A stretch of 62,978 nucleotides of DNA, the filler included, from Sphacelaria rigidula (lineage: Eukaryota), in the NCBI GenBank assembly GCA_964200075.2. It is 8 parts of 8 records of this genome, joined end to end, with 100 filler letters (N's around TTAATTAATTAA, not from the genome) between each part and the next. Parts side by side here need not be neighbours in the genome. Positions count along the whole stretch, not along the records: positions 7,887 to 15,672 come from CAXNAA020013464.1; positions 15,773 to 23,558 come from CAXNAA020013465.1; positions 23,659 to 31,443 come from CAXNAA020013466.1; 5 more parts are not named here. The stretch is one strand, 5' to 3'. Under the pieces are notes generated by a model, which ran no database searches, was not told where the DNA came from, and saw nothing but the letters and a program-made list of their open reading frames with translations. A program made the translations under genes and the position numbers. Positions 13,901 to 25,675 of the stretch are shown here, piece by piece. Position 1 is the stretch's first letter, and the number at the start of each line of letters is the position of its first letter.

Positions 13901-14852
13901 CCAAGCAATGCATCGGGTACGCAGGTATGGCGGCTCACCGTGTGCTCGGAGACGGAATGCATGTGTACGCACGTGAGCGTATAGTTCATGCCTTGGAAGG
14001 ACACGGAGGGCGGTGATTCGCAGTAGTCGTAGAGCACCTATTTATTTTCGTGAGCGCAGAGAATAGACACCCGCCAACACCCCGTCGGTCAGCCGTGGAC
14101 AAGGGGAGAGGGGGCGGTAAGGGACTTCGCCCCAGAAAGTGGGCAAGTTGACATCGATCAACAATACAAAGACTAGGAATACACGTACAACCGCGAGATG
14201 GGAATTGATTGTAGATGAACGCCTGATATCACGCGCGGCTTACTTCAAACCTGTAACTTCACGGTTCCCGTGCTGCTCTAGCCCATAATATCGATTTCAC
14301 CGTGGCTTGCGATCCCAACGTCATATTCATCGCTGCTGGTGAGGTACTATAATAAATCGCGTATTGAGCCCGTATCTCGTTGTGGGTTCTTATGAACGAG
14401 TTCACACCTTAAAGTGACTGCCGTCGACAATGTAGAGGAGATCCGTCGACGCACACGTCGATGGAGAGAATTGAAGGTTGTATTCTCCGGGCTGGTTTGG
14501 AGTTCAGTTCACGGCATGTCAGGGAGGGAAAACGAAGCGTTGGTTAGACGAAGCAGATGCGGAGAAACAAAGGACCCCTCACTACACAGTACAGAAATAC
14601 CAGCCTCATTCTAGTACATGGAACCGTTACACCGCGTCACAGTAGGTACGACACTGTACTGCGTCGCACAGTGTTTGAATGCGAAGATGAAAACCATGCG
14701 GTACAAGTTCGAAAGCAATCTTTCGGTACATGGGAACACCGTACGGAACTACTGTGCAACTACTAACATCCGCGTGTTCTTCTCCGGCCATGTTTAGTGC
14801 GATGGGGCTCTGTTCGGTCCCATTGCAGTCCGGGTATCCGATGTACCACTCG
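10886..14852 (-). CDS. Alpha-carbonic anhydrase, 7 exons, 5' end missing (off contig)
   Basis: Phase-compatible GT-AG exons: 14852-14768, 14491-14408, 14037-13939, 13046-12933, 12259-12113, 11311-11216, 10957-10886. Motifs in order: QSPI, HMH..SEHT, ELHLVH, YTGSLTTPPCTE, VKWIV, RPIMPRYGRTV*. Confidence 0.93.
11216..11311 (-). CDS. alpha-CA exon DVKWIVMNEPQLIGDELLMAYRSHCALLDDPI
   Basis: Polypyrimidine tract plus cag acceptor, gtaagt donor, VxWxV motif. Confidence 0.88.
12113..12259 (-). CDS. alpha-CA exon LEKWWSVFD..YVHYTGSLTTPPCTE
   Basis: aag acceptor, gttgga donor. Contains the GSLTTPPC signature. Confidence 0.9.
12933..13046 (-). CDS. alpha-CA exon VRSSHHDAELHLVHEASDDSTLMVGIFFNSSPHNTSAE
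   Basis: cag acceptor, gtgaga donor. ELHLVH supplies the third zinc ligand. Confidence 0.9.
13250..13810 (+). mobile_element. Degenerate RTE-like LINE fragment in an alpha-CA intron
   Basis: QAAGQRYQ*VESFLYLGG..TEIRS and KVRIVNAEVFEVTLYGCVT*, homologous to the LINE at 991-1541. Confidence 0.65.
13939..14037 (-). CDS. alpha-CA exon VLYDYCESPPSVSFQGMNYTLTCVHMHSVSEHT
   Basis: tag acceptor, gtgagc donor. Contains the HxH zinc ligands and SEH. Confidence 0.9.
14408..14491 (-). CDS. alpha-CA exon PGEYNLQFSPSTCASTDLLYIVDGSHFK
   Basis: cag acceptor, gtgtga donor. 84 nt, in frame with neighbouring exons. Confidence 0.75.
14768..14852 (-). CDS. alpha-CA exon EWYIGYPDCNGTEQSPIALNMAGEEHAD
   Basis: cag acceptor, gttagt donor, QSPI motif. 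Confidence 0.85.
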
Positions 14853-14993
14853 CTGCGCGCGAACGAGGTCCAGCAGTGGGGATAGAGGAGACGGGAGGAG
14901 GGAAAACCAAGAAAAAATGAAGAAACTAGGGTGAACTTAGTGGCCTATTTGCCCCCTGGGACACGGTTTCGTGACATATTCGATCAAGTCAAT

Positions 14994-15397
14994 AAACACG
15001 GGATTTTACAAATTAATTGGGGACGAATCTTTTATCGGGGATGAAAACCCGGATTCATTAAAATCATCGTATCCACACCAAATCTTCGAAGAATGCTTTC
15101 ATTTCTTCACTTGCTGGTAGATATTGACAACTGCTGTACGCAATAAAATTTGGATTTCGATAACCGAAATATCGAGGTCCTCGGTGAAAAACCGGTTTTG
15201 GGGGATTTTGGATGTCCGATCGGGCGCCACAATCGTTCTTTCACCTAGGGCCCCGACATTTCGGTTATCGAAATCCAGAATTGTATGGCATGTAGCAGTT
15301 GTCGATAGCTCCCAGCAAGTGAAGAAATGGAAGCCTGTTTCGAAGTTTTGATGTGGACACGGAGATTTTAATTCTCCGGGTTACCATCCCCAATAAA
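14994..15397. mobile_element. Foldback MITE (same family as 55842-56285)
   Basis: Long imperfect inverted arms; shares aacacgggattttacaaat..ggggatga..tcgtatccacaccaaatcttcgaa with the copy in contig 8. Confidence 0.75.
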
Positions 15398-15907
15398 CTA
15401 GGGCCGAAGCTCTCGAGAGCGGGGCGGCGCGTGTACTGCGCCAAGTTGTCAGGGGGTTTAGTGGAAGCATCCCCCACACTACCTTGAGCCATCGCTCGAG
15501 GCGCCTTCCCCACATGACCGCCGCAAGGCGGTCTAGCCGAGCCTTCGGGTACTCGGCACACGAATTCGCCCGCGATCGTTTGCGATCGTTAGCGGGTTAA
15601 GTGTTGGGTTGGGTTTCCTCCTTCCATCAAGAAAAAAAAAAAATCCCCAATAAAGGATCCATGCCCAAATATNNNNNNNNNNNNNNNNNNNNNNNNNNNN
15701 NNNNNNNNNNNNNNNNTTAATTAATTAANNNNNNNNNNNNNNNNNNNNNNNNNNNNNNNNNNNNNNNNNNNNCTCTCGACATGGGGCCCCGGGGGGGGGG
15801 GGGGAGTCCACAAACTCACACTTTTACCAGAAGCTCGTGCAGAAACTCGGCATTAATCATAATGGCTTAGGGTGTCGTTGAAGCAGAAAGTCGACATCAG
15901 AACACAC

Positions 15908-16251
15908 CTCAGAGAAATGTTTAGCCTCGGCAGCGTGAGGCTCGGGTTGGAGCGGCGGCGGCGGTGGGCTCGCCGCCCCGTTATTGTTGGCCGATCCATT
16001 CGCACCCGCCGCCACGATGGCGGCGGCCGACATACCGGCCGTGCGGACGGCGGAGGCAGCGCCGACGTTGGCCGCGCCGGGCGGGCGCCGGGCGGGTGCG
16101 TTCATCCTGGGGCAGGCGATGCCGGCAAGGCTGAAGGAAATCATGGTCCACGAGTCGTGGAGCAGCACCCTGTAAATTCATTCAGTGTAGATGGCAATGT
16201 GGAAAAGTTACGAAATGCAGCGTGAAAAAACGTGTGCGTGCGTACGTACGT

Positions 16252-16313
<62 letters not shown>

Positions 16314-19035
16314 CTTTGAGTGGATGTATAGTATCTTCATTTGGTTGTGTAGTTCGTCCTCGAGTAGTAACACAAGGGTCATCATATTTGCTCAAGACGT
16401 GGCTATGCGTCAGAGCGGGTATGTTCCCCTCTCCGACTGGCGCGAGCGAAAGCGTGCCAGTCTAGAGATGATGCATGGTGCTGAGGCGGCGCAGGGGGTC
16501 TACACGCGAGGAGGCCGCCATAGTAAGGCGGCAGAGGGTTCCCCCCACGCAAGAGCAAGTATGACGCTCCCTGCCTCATTCCGACGCTAGCTCCGTGCAA
16601 ACAATCCCACCGCCGCTTGCCTCAGGGAATCCTCTCCCTCATATGTTCAAAGTCAAGTGCGCTATTGCGGGAGCCACCGGGGGGGCGTACTCATTTGTTG
16701 CTTGCCTTAGTCGTTTGACCATTGATCACGCATCCTTTTCGAGACGGAGCAACAGTGGGTGGGTGGGGTGGGGGGGGGGGGGGGGGAAAGGGAAGCGCGT
16801 TCTCTCAATGCCCACTGTGAGGATATGCAGTAGATCTATTCTTGTATTCTGCAGCACACGTACAGGTCTGGACAATGCACGGATCCGACGATTAATGATT
16901 CGTCTAGGAACCAGTTCATTTCAGTGCGCTTGATTCGTGCTGTATGAATCGATTCTTGGCCGTTGTTTTTCAGCGTTACACCCCAGATACACGCACCGCA
17001 AGCACGTGGAATGGCGCGAAAATTGCGCCAAGACAAGACTTTGTTGCCCACGGTGAACTCGTTCTTCTCTGTTCCGAGCAATCGGGCCTGAAAAATCGTA
17101 GGTTTGGTGACTCGAGCGGGCGATCATTCATCCGATCTTCAAAGAATGTGCCAGAACGCGCCTGAAAACACAGGTGTGTTCATTCACCACACGGCAGAGG
17201 GGAAGGGAATACGAGACTGGCTACAGTGTTTCGCCCCGTCCCGTCCCGTCCCGCCCCCCCTCCTCGACGTGCATCCCGTAACAATCCCGTAACATTTCCT
17301 TCGTCTCTCCCTCGAGGCAAAGGCGCACTTCAATAAAACCTCTTTCCCTTCATCCATTTCTGTCCGTCCCATACACACTACACAGCACAATTCGAACGTG
17401 AAGAAAAAAAATCAACAGTTCGGAATTCGATGTTGCAAAGACAGCTCATCTTTGCGCTCCTACAATTTTCATTTCCACCCCCGACCCCACCTCCTGGGTT
17501 GGCGTCGGTTGGCAACAGCGCTGTAAAGCACGCCACTCACCGTGTGAGTAAGGCAAACCAGGTGACCGCGTTTTTTTTTTTCCTCTTCCGTTTTGTAACA
17601 TTGACCATGATGGTGGTCGAGGTAAATCATATTGTGCGGGGTGGGAGAATCTGAACTCCGAACTCCGACCAAAGGGGATGATCGTTCCACGTAGTGCTTG
17701 AATAGAGAGAGACGGACGAGGCAGTGTAAACCATGGCTGCCTCTTGAAGTGGCGACACCAGAAAATGAAGCAACTCATTCGAGGATGTCATCCACATGCA
17801 AGATAATTAGTACGCTTCAAGTTGAAGGATCTTAGTAAGACGCAACTCACACTTCATGCGACTCGCCGAACACATCGCGGCCCTTCGCGCTTGGTGATTC
17901 ATTGCGAGCGTGGTCCGGCGGAAACCCAGCGTGCTCAGTCCCAGCATTGTAGGGATGCGAGCTCAACGTTTCGTTTCAAGGGTCGGACAAATAATGATTC
18001 GTCTGGAAATTACTTGGTTTTGGTATATTTGATTCGAATCTAACGAATCAATACCTAGGCTTTGTTTTCAGCGTTGCAACCCAGGTACACGCAGCCCAGA
18101 CACGTGGGATGGCGCAAAAGTTGTGTGGATACCCCTTGGACCAGCGTTTAACCTTTTCTCCCTTTTGGGCAATCGGGCCGAAGAAACGTGGATTTGGAGA
18201 TTCGTAGTTGTGATCACTTGTCTTAACAGTGCACGTTTTCATGACTTCCCCGCCCCCTCCTTGTTCCTCATGAAAAGCGTCGACGCGCGGTGCACGCCCT
18301 ACTAAACCGTAACATTCCACCTAAATACTTGTAATCACGTCATGATTATCCACGCAAAGGTGAGGACGAAAACGGGGGAGGGGAGGGGGGATTCGCAAGG
18401 CGTAGCAAAACAGGCCTGAAATTTATCTGGTAGACAGTAGTGGACATGCTCCAAAGAGTCGTGTCAAATCATCTCTCGGTTCGAAATCTTCCGCAAAGCG
18501 AAAACATCTTCGGCGTGACGATATCTCCTCAGCGACGACATGCACGCGGGGTCTTCCTTGTGCGCCGAAAAAGAACGGGTTTGATATTCTTCCAACCCCC
18601 GCCCTCCTCATCAATACGCCCCGTACGTCCACGGTGACCATTTTCCTACAAGAGGATGTCAGGTGCGGTGCTGGTTCCAAGCCAGGTCGAAGTCCGTACC
18701 AGTTATTTTTCTCCTCTGTTTGAGCTTTCATTTTCGATTCCTTCTCGTCTCCTCTGTCATCCTCGAGGTCCCTTCAGCGAGTATTTCTGCCTATTTCTCC
18801 CTGTCTTGGGGTCGCGTGAATCTCGTCACTGCGGCTGGATGGAAGGGTTCATCGTGGATCAGATCATGCGCGACAACCGTTCCGTTGGACGAATCGAGCA
18901 ATCGCAAGTCATTCAAAGACCGCACCTGTAGCTGGCACCGTCCCTCATGTGCTCGATGGTGGCCTTGATCGGCACGTCTTTGTTGGCTGCCAAAACGGCG
19001 GCTCCGTTCACGTCTGTCCACTTCACCTCTCGGGT
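15908..19035 (-). CDS. SND1: Tudor staphylococcal nuclease (Tudor-SN/p100), partial: two exons of the second SN domain
   Basis: Exon 19035-18926 (TREVKWTDVN..PIKATIEHMRDGASY-AG) joins exon 16169-15908 (G-VLLHDSWTMISFSLAGIACP..PEPHAAEAKHFSE) through a split Arg codon. This matches the SN2 pattern AIIEHVRDGS.R..LSGIKCP..PEPFAAEAKFFTE. Confidence 0.85.
16252..16312. repeat. (TG)n microsatellite (another at about 19937-19971)
   Basis: Pure dinucleotide run. Confidence 0.95.
16679..16750 (-). mobile_element. LINE 3' terminus remnant
   Basis: gggggcgtactcatttgttgcttgccttagtcg.., shared with 23340-23558 and 29366-29523. Confidence 0.7.
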
Positions 19036-19933
19036 CTAGATGTGACACACAACAGAGCAACAGAACACCGACAAGAATCATGAAAAAAACGCATGCGTGT
19101 GCTTGTGTATGTGTGTGTATATTAAAATACTGTACGATGCAGTACAAAAAAAAGTAGTGTAATCTCAACCTTCGAACACCGCTTACACTTCATTTCTCAC
19201 TTCATTTCTTGGTTGGAATGCTGTGTAAGCAAGCCGAAGGTCAACAAAGATTGAACCCAACCCTCTCCATCCTGCTGAGAAAATGAAAAAAAAACGTGGA
19301 AAAAAGTGAGTCGCACATCACTCACTGTCCACCAGAGGAGCGATGATTTTATGCGTGGTTGCCCTGGACAACCTTCAACCTTCCATCCCTTGACCGTGGG
19401 TCTGACTAAAACGGTTCCTTCGATATTTTGAAAAAAAAGAGAAGAAAACACAAACAGCTTTTTAGCCTTATAAACGCCGGAGGCGGTCCTTTCGCGAATC
19501 GGCATCACTTCGAGTCCTTTCAAGAAACACGACACCGGTTCACAAATAGACCAATTCCAACCGTTGAGGGGTTCGAAGTATCACGCCCTCGCTGGTTCTG
19601 TGAAAAATGACCTGGCGAACAGTGTTGACAAAAGACCACCAAATACTGGATCAGGATGCAAAAAAATTACACAAGGTTGTATGAGCCAAGACGCTTCGGA
19701 AAGCAGGTTCTACACGTCGGTCGATGCTATCTGCAGTGTCGGGGTACTGTAGCTGAAAGGTTGCATCGCCATGTTGGTCCACCAGAACGTCGAATGCAGC
19801 ATTTTTCGATGTCGCAGTCTCTCTCGCTCTCTCGACCCTTTTTCTCTCACGGCACCGTCACGATGCTCTACACGTATGACATGTTTAGCGCACTATTTTC
19901 ACTTTTCTAGTCTTCCTGTGCATAATTTTACGA

Positions 19934-19972
<39 letters not shown>

Positions 19973-22900
19973 TGTTTGATTCCACGAAATACAAGGGCTA
20001 ATGGGTGTGTCATCAGATGACCCAACACACTCGCGGTGCGCTTGTCCTTACGTGAAAACGGTATCAAGCAGTATGAATGAGTGCTTTGTACCAGCAACGA
20101 GCCCGTTCGAACAACTGCTCCTGCTTCTGACGACGACTTGAAGTGGGATTTCGTGGAGGAAGTGGCCCCAATTCCCTCCCCCCATGGTGACGCACCCATG
20201 AGGCAGTGTACAAGCCGTGGCTGTCTAAGTGACGATACCACAGAATAAAGCAACTCATTGTTGGCTGTCATCCAAATGCAAGATGAATCAGTAGGCTTCG
20301 GGCCGAACAATCTTAGCAGGATGCAGCTCACCCTTCATGCGACACACCACGGCGCTTCGCGCTCGGTGGTTTGAGTGCAAGCCTGGTCCGGCGAAAACCC
20401 GGCGTGCTTCATCCTGGCTTTGTAGGGATGCGAGGTCAATGGTCTAATGACTATGGCATGCGTCATCATGAGTACACCCCCCCCTTTCTCGGTCGAGTTT
20501 GCTTTGTTCGTTCTCTACTTTTCTGGTTTCTTCTTCCCTTTTCAGCGAGTGTTTTCGTTTCGTTTTTGTTTTCACCGAGGGCGTGTCGCACTTGCACACC
20601 GTGGACAACAGATTCCAGTCGTGAAACTTTACGGCGTACAGTATCAGATCTATTATCTATTGCGATAGACCAATAAATTTGATACTGGACGCAGTACTCT
20701 TTGCAACAATGTTATTTGTTGTTCATAATTTGGTATCTTGTGACGACGGCTCTATTCCTCGGTAATCAGTCAATGTGCGACAATCAATCAATCAAACAAA
20801 AAGTCAATTTTTCGTTTTACATGTCGTTCTCGCAATTCCCCCCCCCCCCCCCCCGAAATAAATGAATGAATAAGAATAAAGAATAAATATATAAATGAAA
20901 TGAGTGCGGATAAAGCCAACAACTGACTCAACCGTCATGAACTCACAAAATTACACAGTCAGTCCTCTATCAATAACTTTATTTGTTCGTGCTATGTTCA
21001 ATGAATTGTTGTGCAATGTGCTGTTATTATTTTCCTCACTTCACACGTTTGCTGCATAGTGTTCGCCATCGTTCATAAGACATCATTGCGTGAGAACATG
21101 AGGTGTGACCCTTCTTGTATGTGAAACTCCGGTTCCCTGGAGGATCAAGCCTTTCACGGTTAGAACAAATAATGACTCGTCAGGAAATTACTTGGTTTTA
21201 GTACAATAAGTTGACTAAGAATATAGTTAGAGGGGAAAATGAAGAAGGAAGATCAGGACAAGGCAAGAACAAGAAGAGAAAGAAAACTACAAATGGCCGC
21301 CCTCTATCACACATACACGTGGAAAGTGGCTGCATGATTCAGATAACTCAGCATGGTGGTCAAGGTGTTGGGTACCCCGCCTGACTACGTGCGTGTCAAA
21401 CTGTGTCTCTGAATGGCACCGCGATCTTTCTGTAACTTGGGTTAGTTGTGCACACGTGTACTAATACTCCTGCAGTTCGCACTAAAGATCCATGATGTGC
21501 GTCGTGGCCAAAGGGTCCCCTCCTCCGACAGCTCATGAGCTACGTAAGGCGAATGAACGGAAGAACTCGTCAGCTTTTGTAACCCAATCCTTGAATTTTG
21601 ATATTTTTATGGAAAGCATATCTGCACCGCAGTTTTTTCCTCCGTTTTTTTCGTTTTCCCGTTGAAAGTGCAAGGTTGCACCACTCTCCTTGTTGTATCT
21701 AGTATGATCTGTTTGACTGATCAATTGAGTGATTGATTGATCAGTTGGTTGGTTGTCGCACATTAAGTGGCCGGCTACAAATCCTGTCGTGGTCGCAACG
21801 CAGGCGTACCCAGTCACAACATGGAGGTACCCAAGGTAGATATTCGGAAAATAAACTCCCTAGAGGAAGGAAACTCGAGTGAGCAGCAAAATAGAAAATT
21901 CAAAACAGAGGGAAGTGCAAACACGAAATAAGAAAACACCAGGACAATGTCTAGTGCCGGATTCAGAGTATATATCATATATGTGTGTATGTGTATAAAC
22001 GACCTCACGGAATTCTTGTCTAAAAACGAAAGAATATATATCGGTACTCCGACTCGAAATCCGATAGAGACTTCCAATCCGAGTTGAAAATTCTTGAAAA
22101 TACTAGAAAATGACTAATTTGTACACATGCCATGTCAAATTCGGGAGAACCCTTTTGCTACTGGCCTTTGAAGTTGCGGATTTCGAGGTGCTGTTTTTTA
22201 ACGACATATCGTTGAGTATTTACATGTTTCACGTGAAATTATAGCCCGAGCCGTGGTTTTCAGACCCGTACCAAAATATGCCCCAGTGCCTCACGGGGCT
22301 CAGTATATAGAGGATAGACAGGTGATGCCGATTTTTTGTTTATTGAGACTTGCAGCCACGCAATTGCTGACTTTGACTATATACACAAACTTGAACAAAT
22401 TTGACCCGGTGCGTCCCTTACTGGCACTGACTGGACAAAACTAATTCGACCGTACCGGAGTGACATATTTTTGGGTACGTGCGTCACGCATGCTGGTGGA
22501 TTCTTCTGCGGCCTTCCGCCGTGAAAATGGTTGCCGTCGGTCTTTGCTGTTCCCATCGATTCTTCTTTTGTCAGGGCTTGAAGTGACGAGGCGTCTTGCC
22601 CGGTGACGGAAGGGGAGGGTTCCCAAAGGGTTAATGGAATCGCTTGCTCAAAACTCCCAACGCGGAAATCGATTCAAACACATCGAATTAGTGGGGGTAG
22701 ATGTAACTATTGGGAGGATCGGGTGACACGAGTCGGTGCGAACGCCAGGTGAAGGTTTCAGCACTTGCAACAGACGGGTCTCGAACACTCTCGACCTATA
22801 TCCAGGGAAATGTAGCGGAACGTAACCAACTATCGGCCTCGCCAAACATTTAATAGTACCGTACAGTTACAGGTAGGAATTGTCGTGGTACCTAAACGTC

Positions 22901-23339
22901 CCTAGGGGCATAGTCATTCGTGAGTTACAAGCAGAAAATGGTAGTCAACACCCCCTGAGCATATGTAGGCAAAGGATAAAATGATGTCATCCCCATGATG
23001 GGAGCGGCAGAAGGGTGTCGTGAATCAACAGGGTAGAGCACAGTGGTTGTAGTGCTACCTGTCCTGGTGCGAGACGCGTCGTTCTTCGTACGTACGCTGC
23101 GGTCCACAACGTCAAATAACACCCCTATCCCACACATTTGAGAAGGGGATGAAACGATTTCATCCCCGGGTTGTCATGTCGAGAGGTTGTCGAAAATCAA
23201 TAAGGTAGGATGTAAGCGTTGTAAAGTTACCTCTCCGGTCTCGACAGGCATCGCAATTCACTCGCTAGGGCCAAAACGGAAAATAATACCCCCTGAGAGT
23301 TTTCGGAAAGGGAATGAAATAATTTCATCCCCGGGGCGG

Positions 23340-23558
23340 AGGGGGGGGGTACTCATTTGTTGCTTGCCTTAGTCGTGTGACCATTGACCACGCATCCCTT
23401 TCGAGACGCAGCACCGTTCCTGCTCCTAACAGAGACACCTTCATCATTCCGGCGCTCACTACGTTTCTTCCACACATAACAGAAAAACCTTCTACATATC
23501 TTATCCCCGTCCTGTTTCGCCGTCTCTGGCCACCACCTATCTCGTAGTATAGCCATCG
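23340..23558 (-). mobile_element. LINE ORF2 C-terminus and 3' end
   Basis: AILRDRWWPETAKQDGDKIC..RSRNGAASRKGCVVNGHTTKASNK* followed by a C-rich tail. Multi-copy in this window. Confidence 0.75.
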
Positions 23559-23658
23559 NNNNNNNNNNNNNNNNNNNNNNNNNNNNNNNNNNNNNNNNNN
23601 NNTTAATTAATTAANNNNNNNNNNNNNNNNNNNNNNNNNNNNNNNNNNNNNNNNNNNN

Positions 23659-23950
23659 CCTCGAGGCAGTATATGAGCCGGGGCTGGCTCTGCAAGTGGC
23701 GATACTAGAAAATAAAGCAACTCATTGTAGGCTGTCATCCAAACGCAAGATAATCAGTAGGCTTTGGGCCGAACAATCTTAGCAGGAAGCAGCTCGCCCT
23801 TCATGCGACTCGCCGAACAGACACCGCGCTTGGTGGTTCAAGTGCGAGCCTGGTCCGGCGAAAACCCGGCGTGCTCCTTCCTGGCTTTGTAGGGATGCGA
23901 GGTCAATAGTCCTATGACTATGGCATGCATGATAATGAGTGCACCCCCCT
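23659..23950 (+). mobile_element. Second LINE-like 3'-end family (copies at about 17730-17965, 20210-20485, 31385-31435)
   Basis: Repeated caactcattg..gctgtcatccaaa..gggccgaacaatcttagcagg..gcctggtccggcgaaaacccggcgtgct..gggatgcgaggtcaat..atgagtgcacccccc. Confidence 0.65.
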
Positions 23951-25675
23951 GGGCTGGCGAAGATGCCCCCCTCCCCCCGGAGGCGCCCTCAGAGCCAGAG
24001 ATTGAAAACTTGAGCATTTTTACTTCATTTCTCATGAGAGAAGAACAATCAACGCGAACAGGCTGAACAATATATTCGTGAGATTCAGAGGGTAGTTTCA
24101 GGTTCAGAGTGGATGCTCTAGCGTTCCTCACAGGCAAGTGTGTGTTTTTTTTGCTTGAGCACACGTGCCGTGCATGCAGCTACCCATTCGAGGAATTCGG
24201 CGGTCTGGTTGGTAAGATACCCCACAAAGCATTTTTACGCCTGGGGGGGCATTTCGGAACTCAAACTGTTTCAGGCACTAATCCATTTTTCCTGGAAGAG
24301 GGGATCTTTTGTTGCAATGGATTGACTACGTCGTTGCGATCAAGTGATGTGTCAANNNNNNNNNNGGCGCATTACTCGTAGAACTCTGGCGATGTCAAAA
24401 TCGACGGGAAAGTCAATTGTTTCGGGTCTCACTCTGAATCCGATGTTACTGGTCTCTGACACCCCATGTATCCCCGTCGCTCTCACTTTTATTCCACCGG
24501 CGAGCGCCGATCCAGGGTCACCCCAAAAGCATTCTCTGCTACACTTGCCTTCACGTTTTTAAGCGCGCTGGGTCCAGTTGTTCCTTCCCTCAGCGTTCTC
24601 ACGACTAAGCGTTTTCTTCTACTGTACGACAGTAGACATGAAATACGGAATAACAACACACTCGCTGACAATAGGACTGTCAACCTAGCCGTGAGAAGGT
24701 TTACGGCGTCACCAACTGAACGTCCGGGGTGAAGTGAATGAGATGTGTATGTGTCGGCCACTGCTGGCAGTAAGGATACATACCACGTCATCACCAATCA
24801 CGAAGAAGAGAATATACCTGAAGCAAAACACCAAGCAACACACATGCGAGCAAAGAAATAATCAATCTGACCACCCGAGTCAAGCAGACACCGACAGCAA
24901 CCAGTACCACGGAAGATTTAAGGATACCCAAGAATAGAAATCGAATATCTGTAACCAATCTTACAACGCAGAAGCCTAGCTAAGATTCAAGGAAATTGGA
25001 AAGCGCAAGCTGATTGCAGGTAGCAAAGCTTATGGCTGGCTTCCAATTCAGTTTTTGAACATCTTCTGCTATTGACAAATTGGATGAGACAGACATTGGG
25101 TGCTACAGACTTTGTGCGTGCTCCTTGTCTGCTACTGCTGTTGCTCTCGTTCTGAGCTCTGATGTATTTCATTATGTCCTCCTACTCTGTGCGATACCCC
25201 TTCTCAACTGTTGCGGTCTGAAAAGCGAGCCGAATTCCCGATCGATGATATTGTTGAGACCATACATCTATGGGCATGATGATCACCAGAATACACAGGT
25301 ACACCGGAGAAACACTCACAGCGACGGGGTCCGCCAGCGTCATACATGAGCGGACTCGAAACGTTAAAACCTGTGAATCTGGATCTACGGCAACCTAGGC
25401 AGCGGGGTCTCCGGGAGAAGGAACTCGGAATAATAGAGACACCGCATAAACCCTGGTTGATCGTTCGCCGTACGACGTACCGACTCGGTCAGTTGTTCTT
25501 TCCTATCATCGGCCACGGCCAAATCCTTGCCCAAACGACAAGAGAAAATATACGCCTCGCTTAGGAGATCCTTCGGCAGCAGGGCACGACAACGTTCTTA
25601 TTGGGAGACCGTAGCTCTACTGCCTCACCCGTAGCGAAGCCTAGTTCACAGGAGCGTCGACGGTAGGATCGCGTT

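Noticed and set aside
16141..16590. ORFs with CV/HT dipeptide repeats
   Set aside because: They are translations of a (TG)n microsatellite in a Tudor-SN intron.
10886..19035. Tudor-SN and alpha-CA as a fused or clustered minus-strand gene
   Set aside because: They are on different contigs joined artificially.
19201..19275. Candidate extra Tudor-SN exon with good splice signals
   Set aside because: No frame resembles the expected end of SN1, so it is unsupported.
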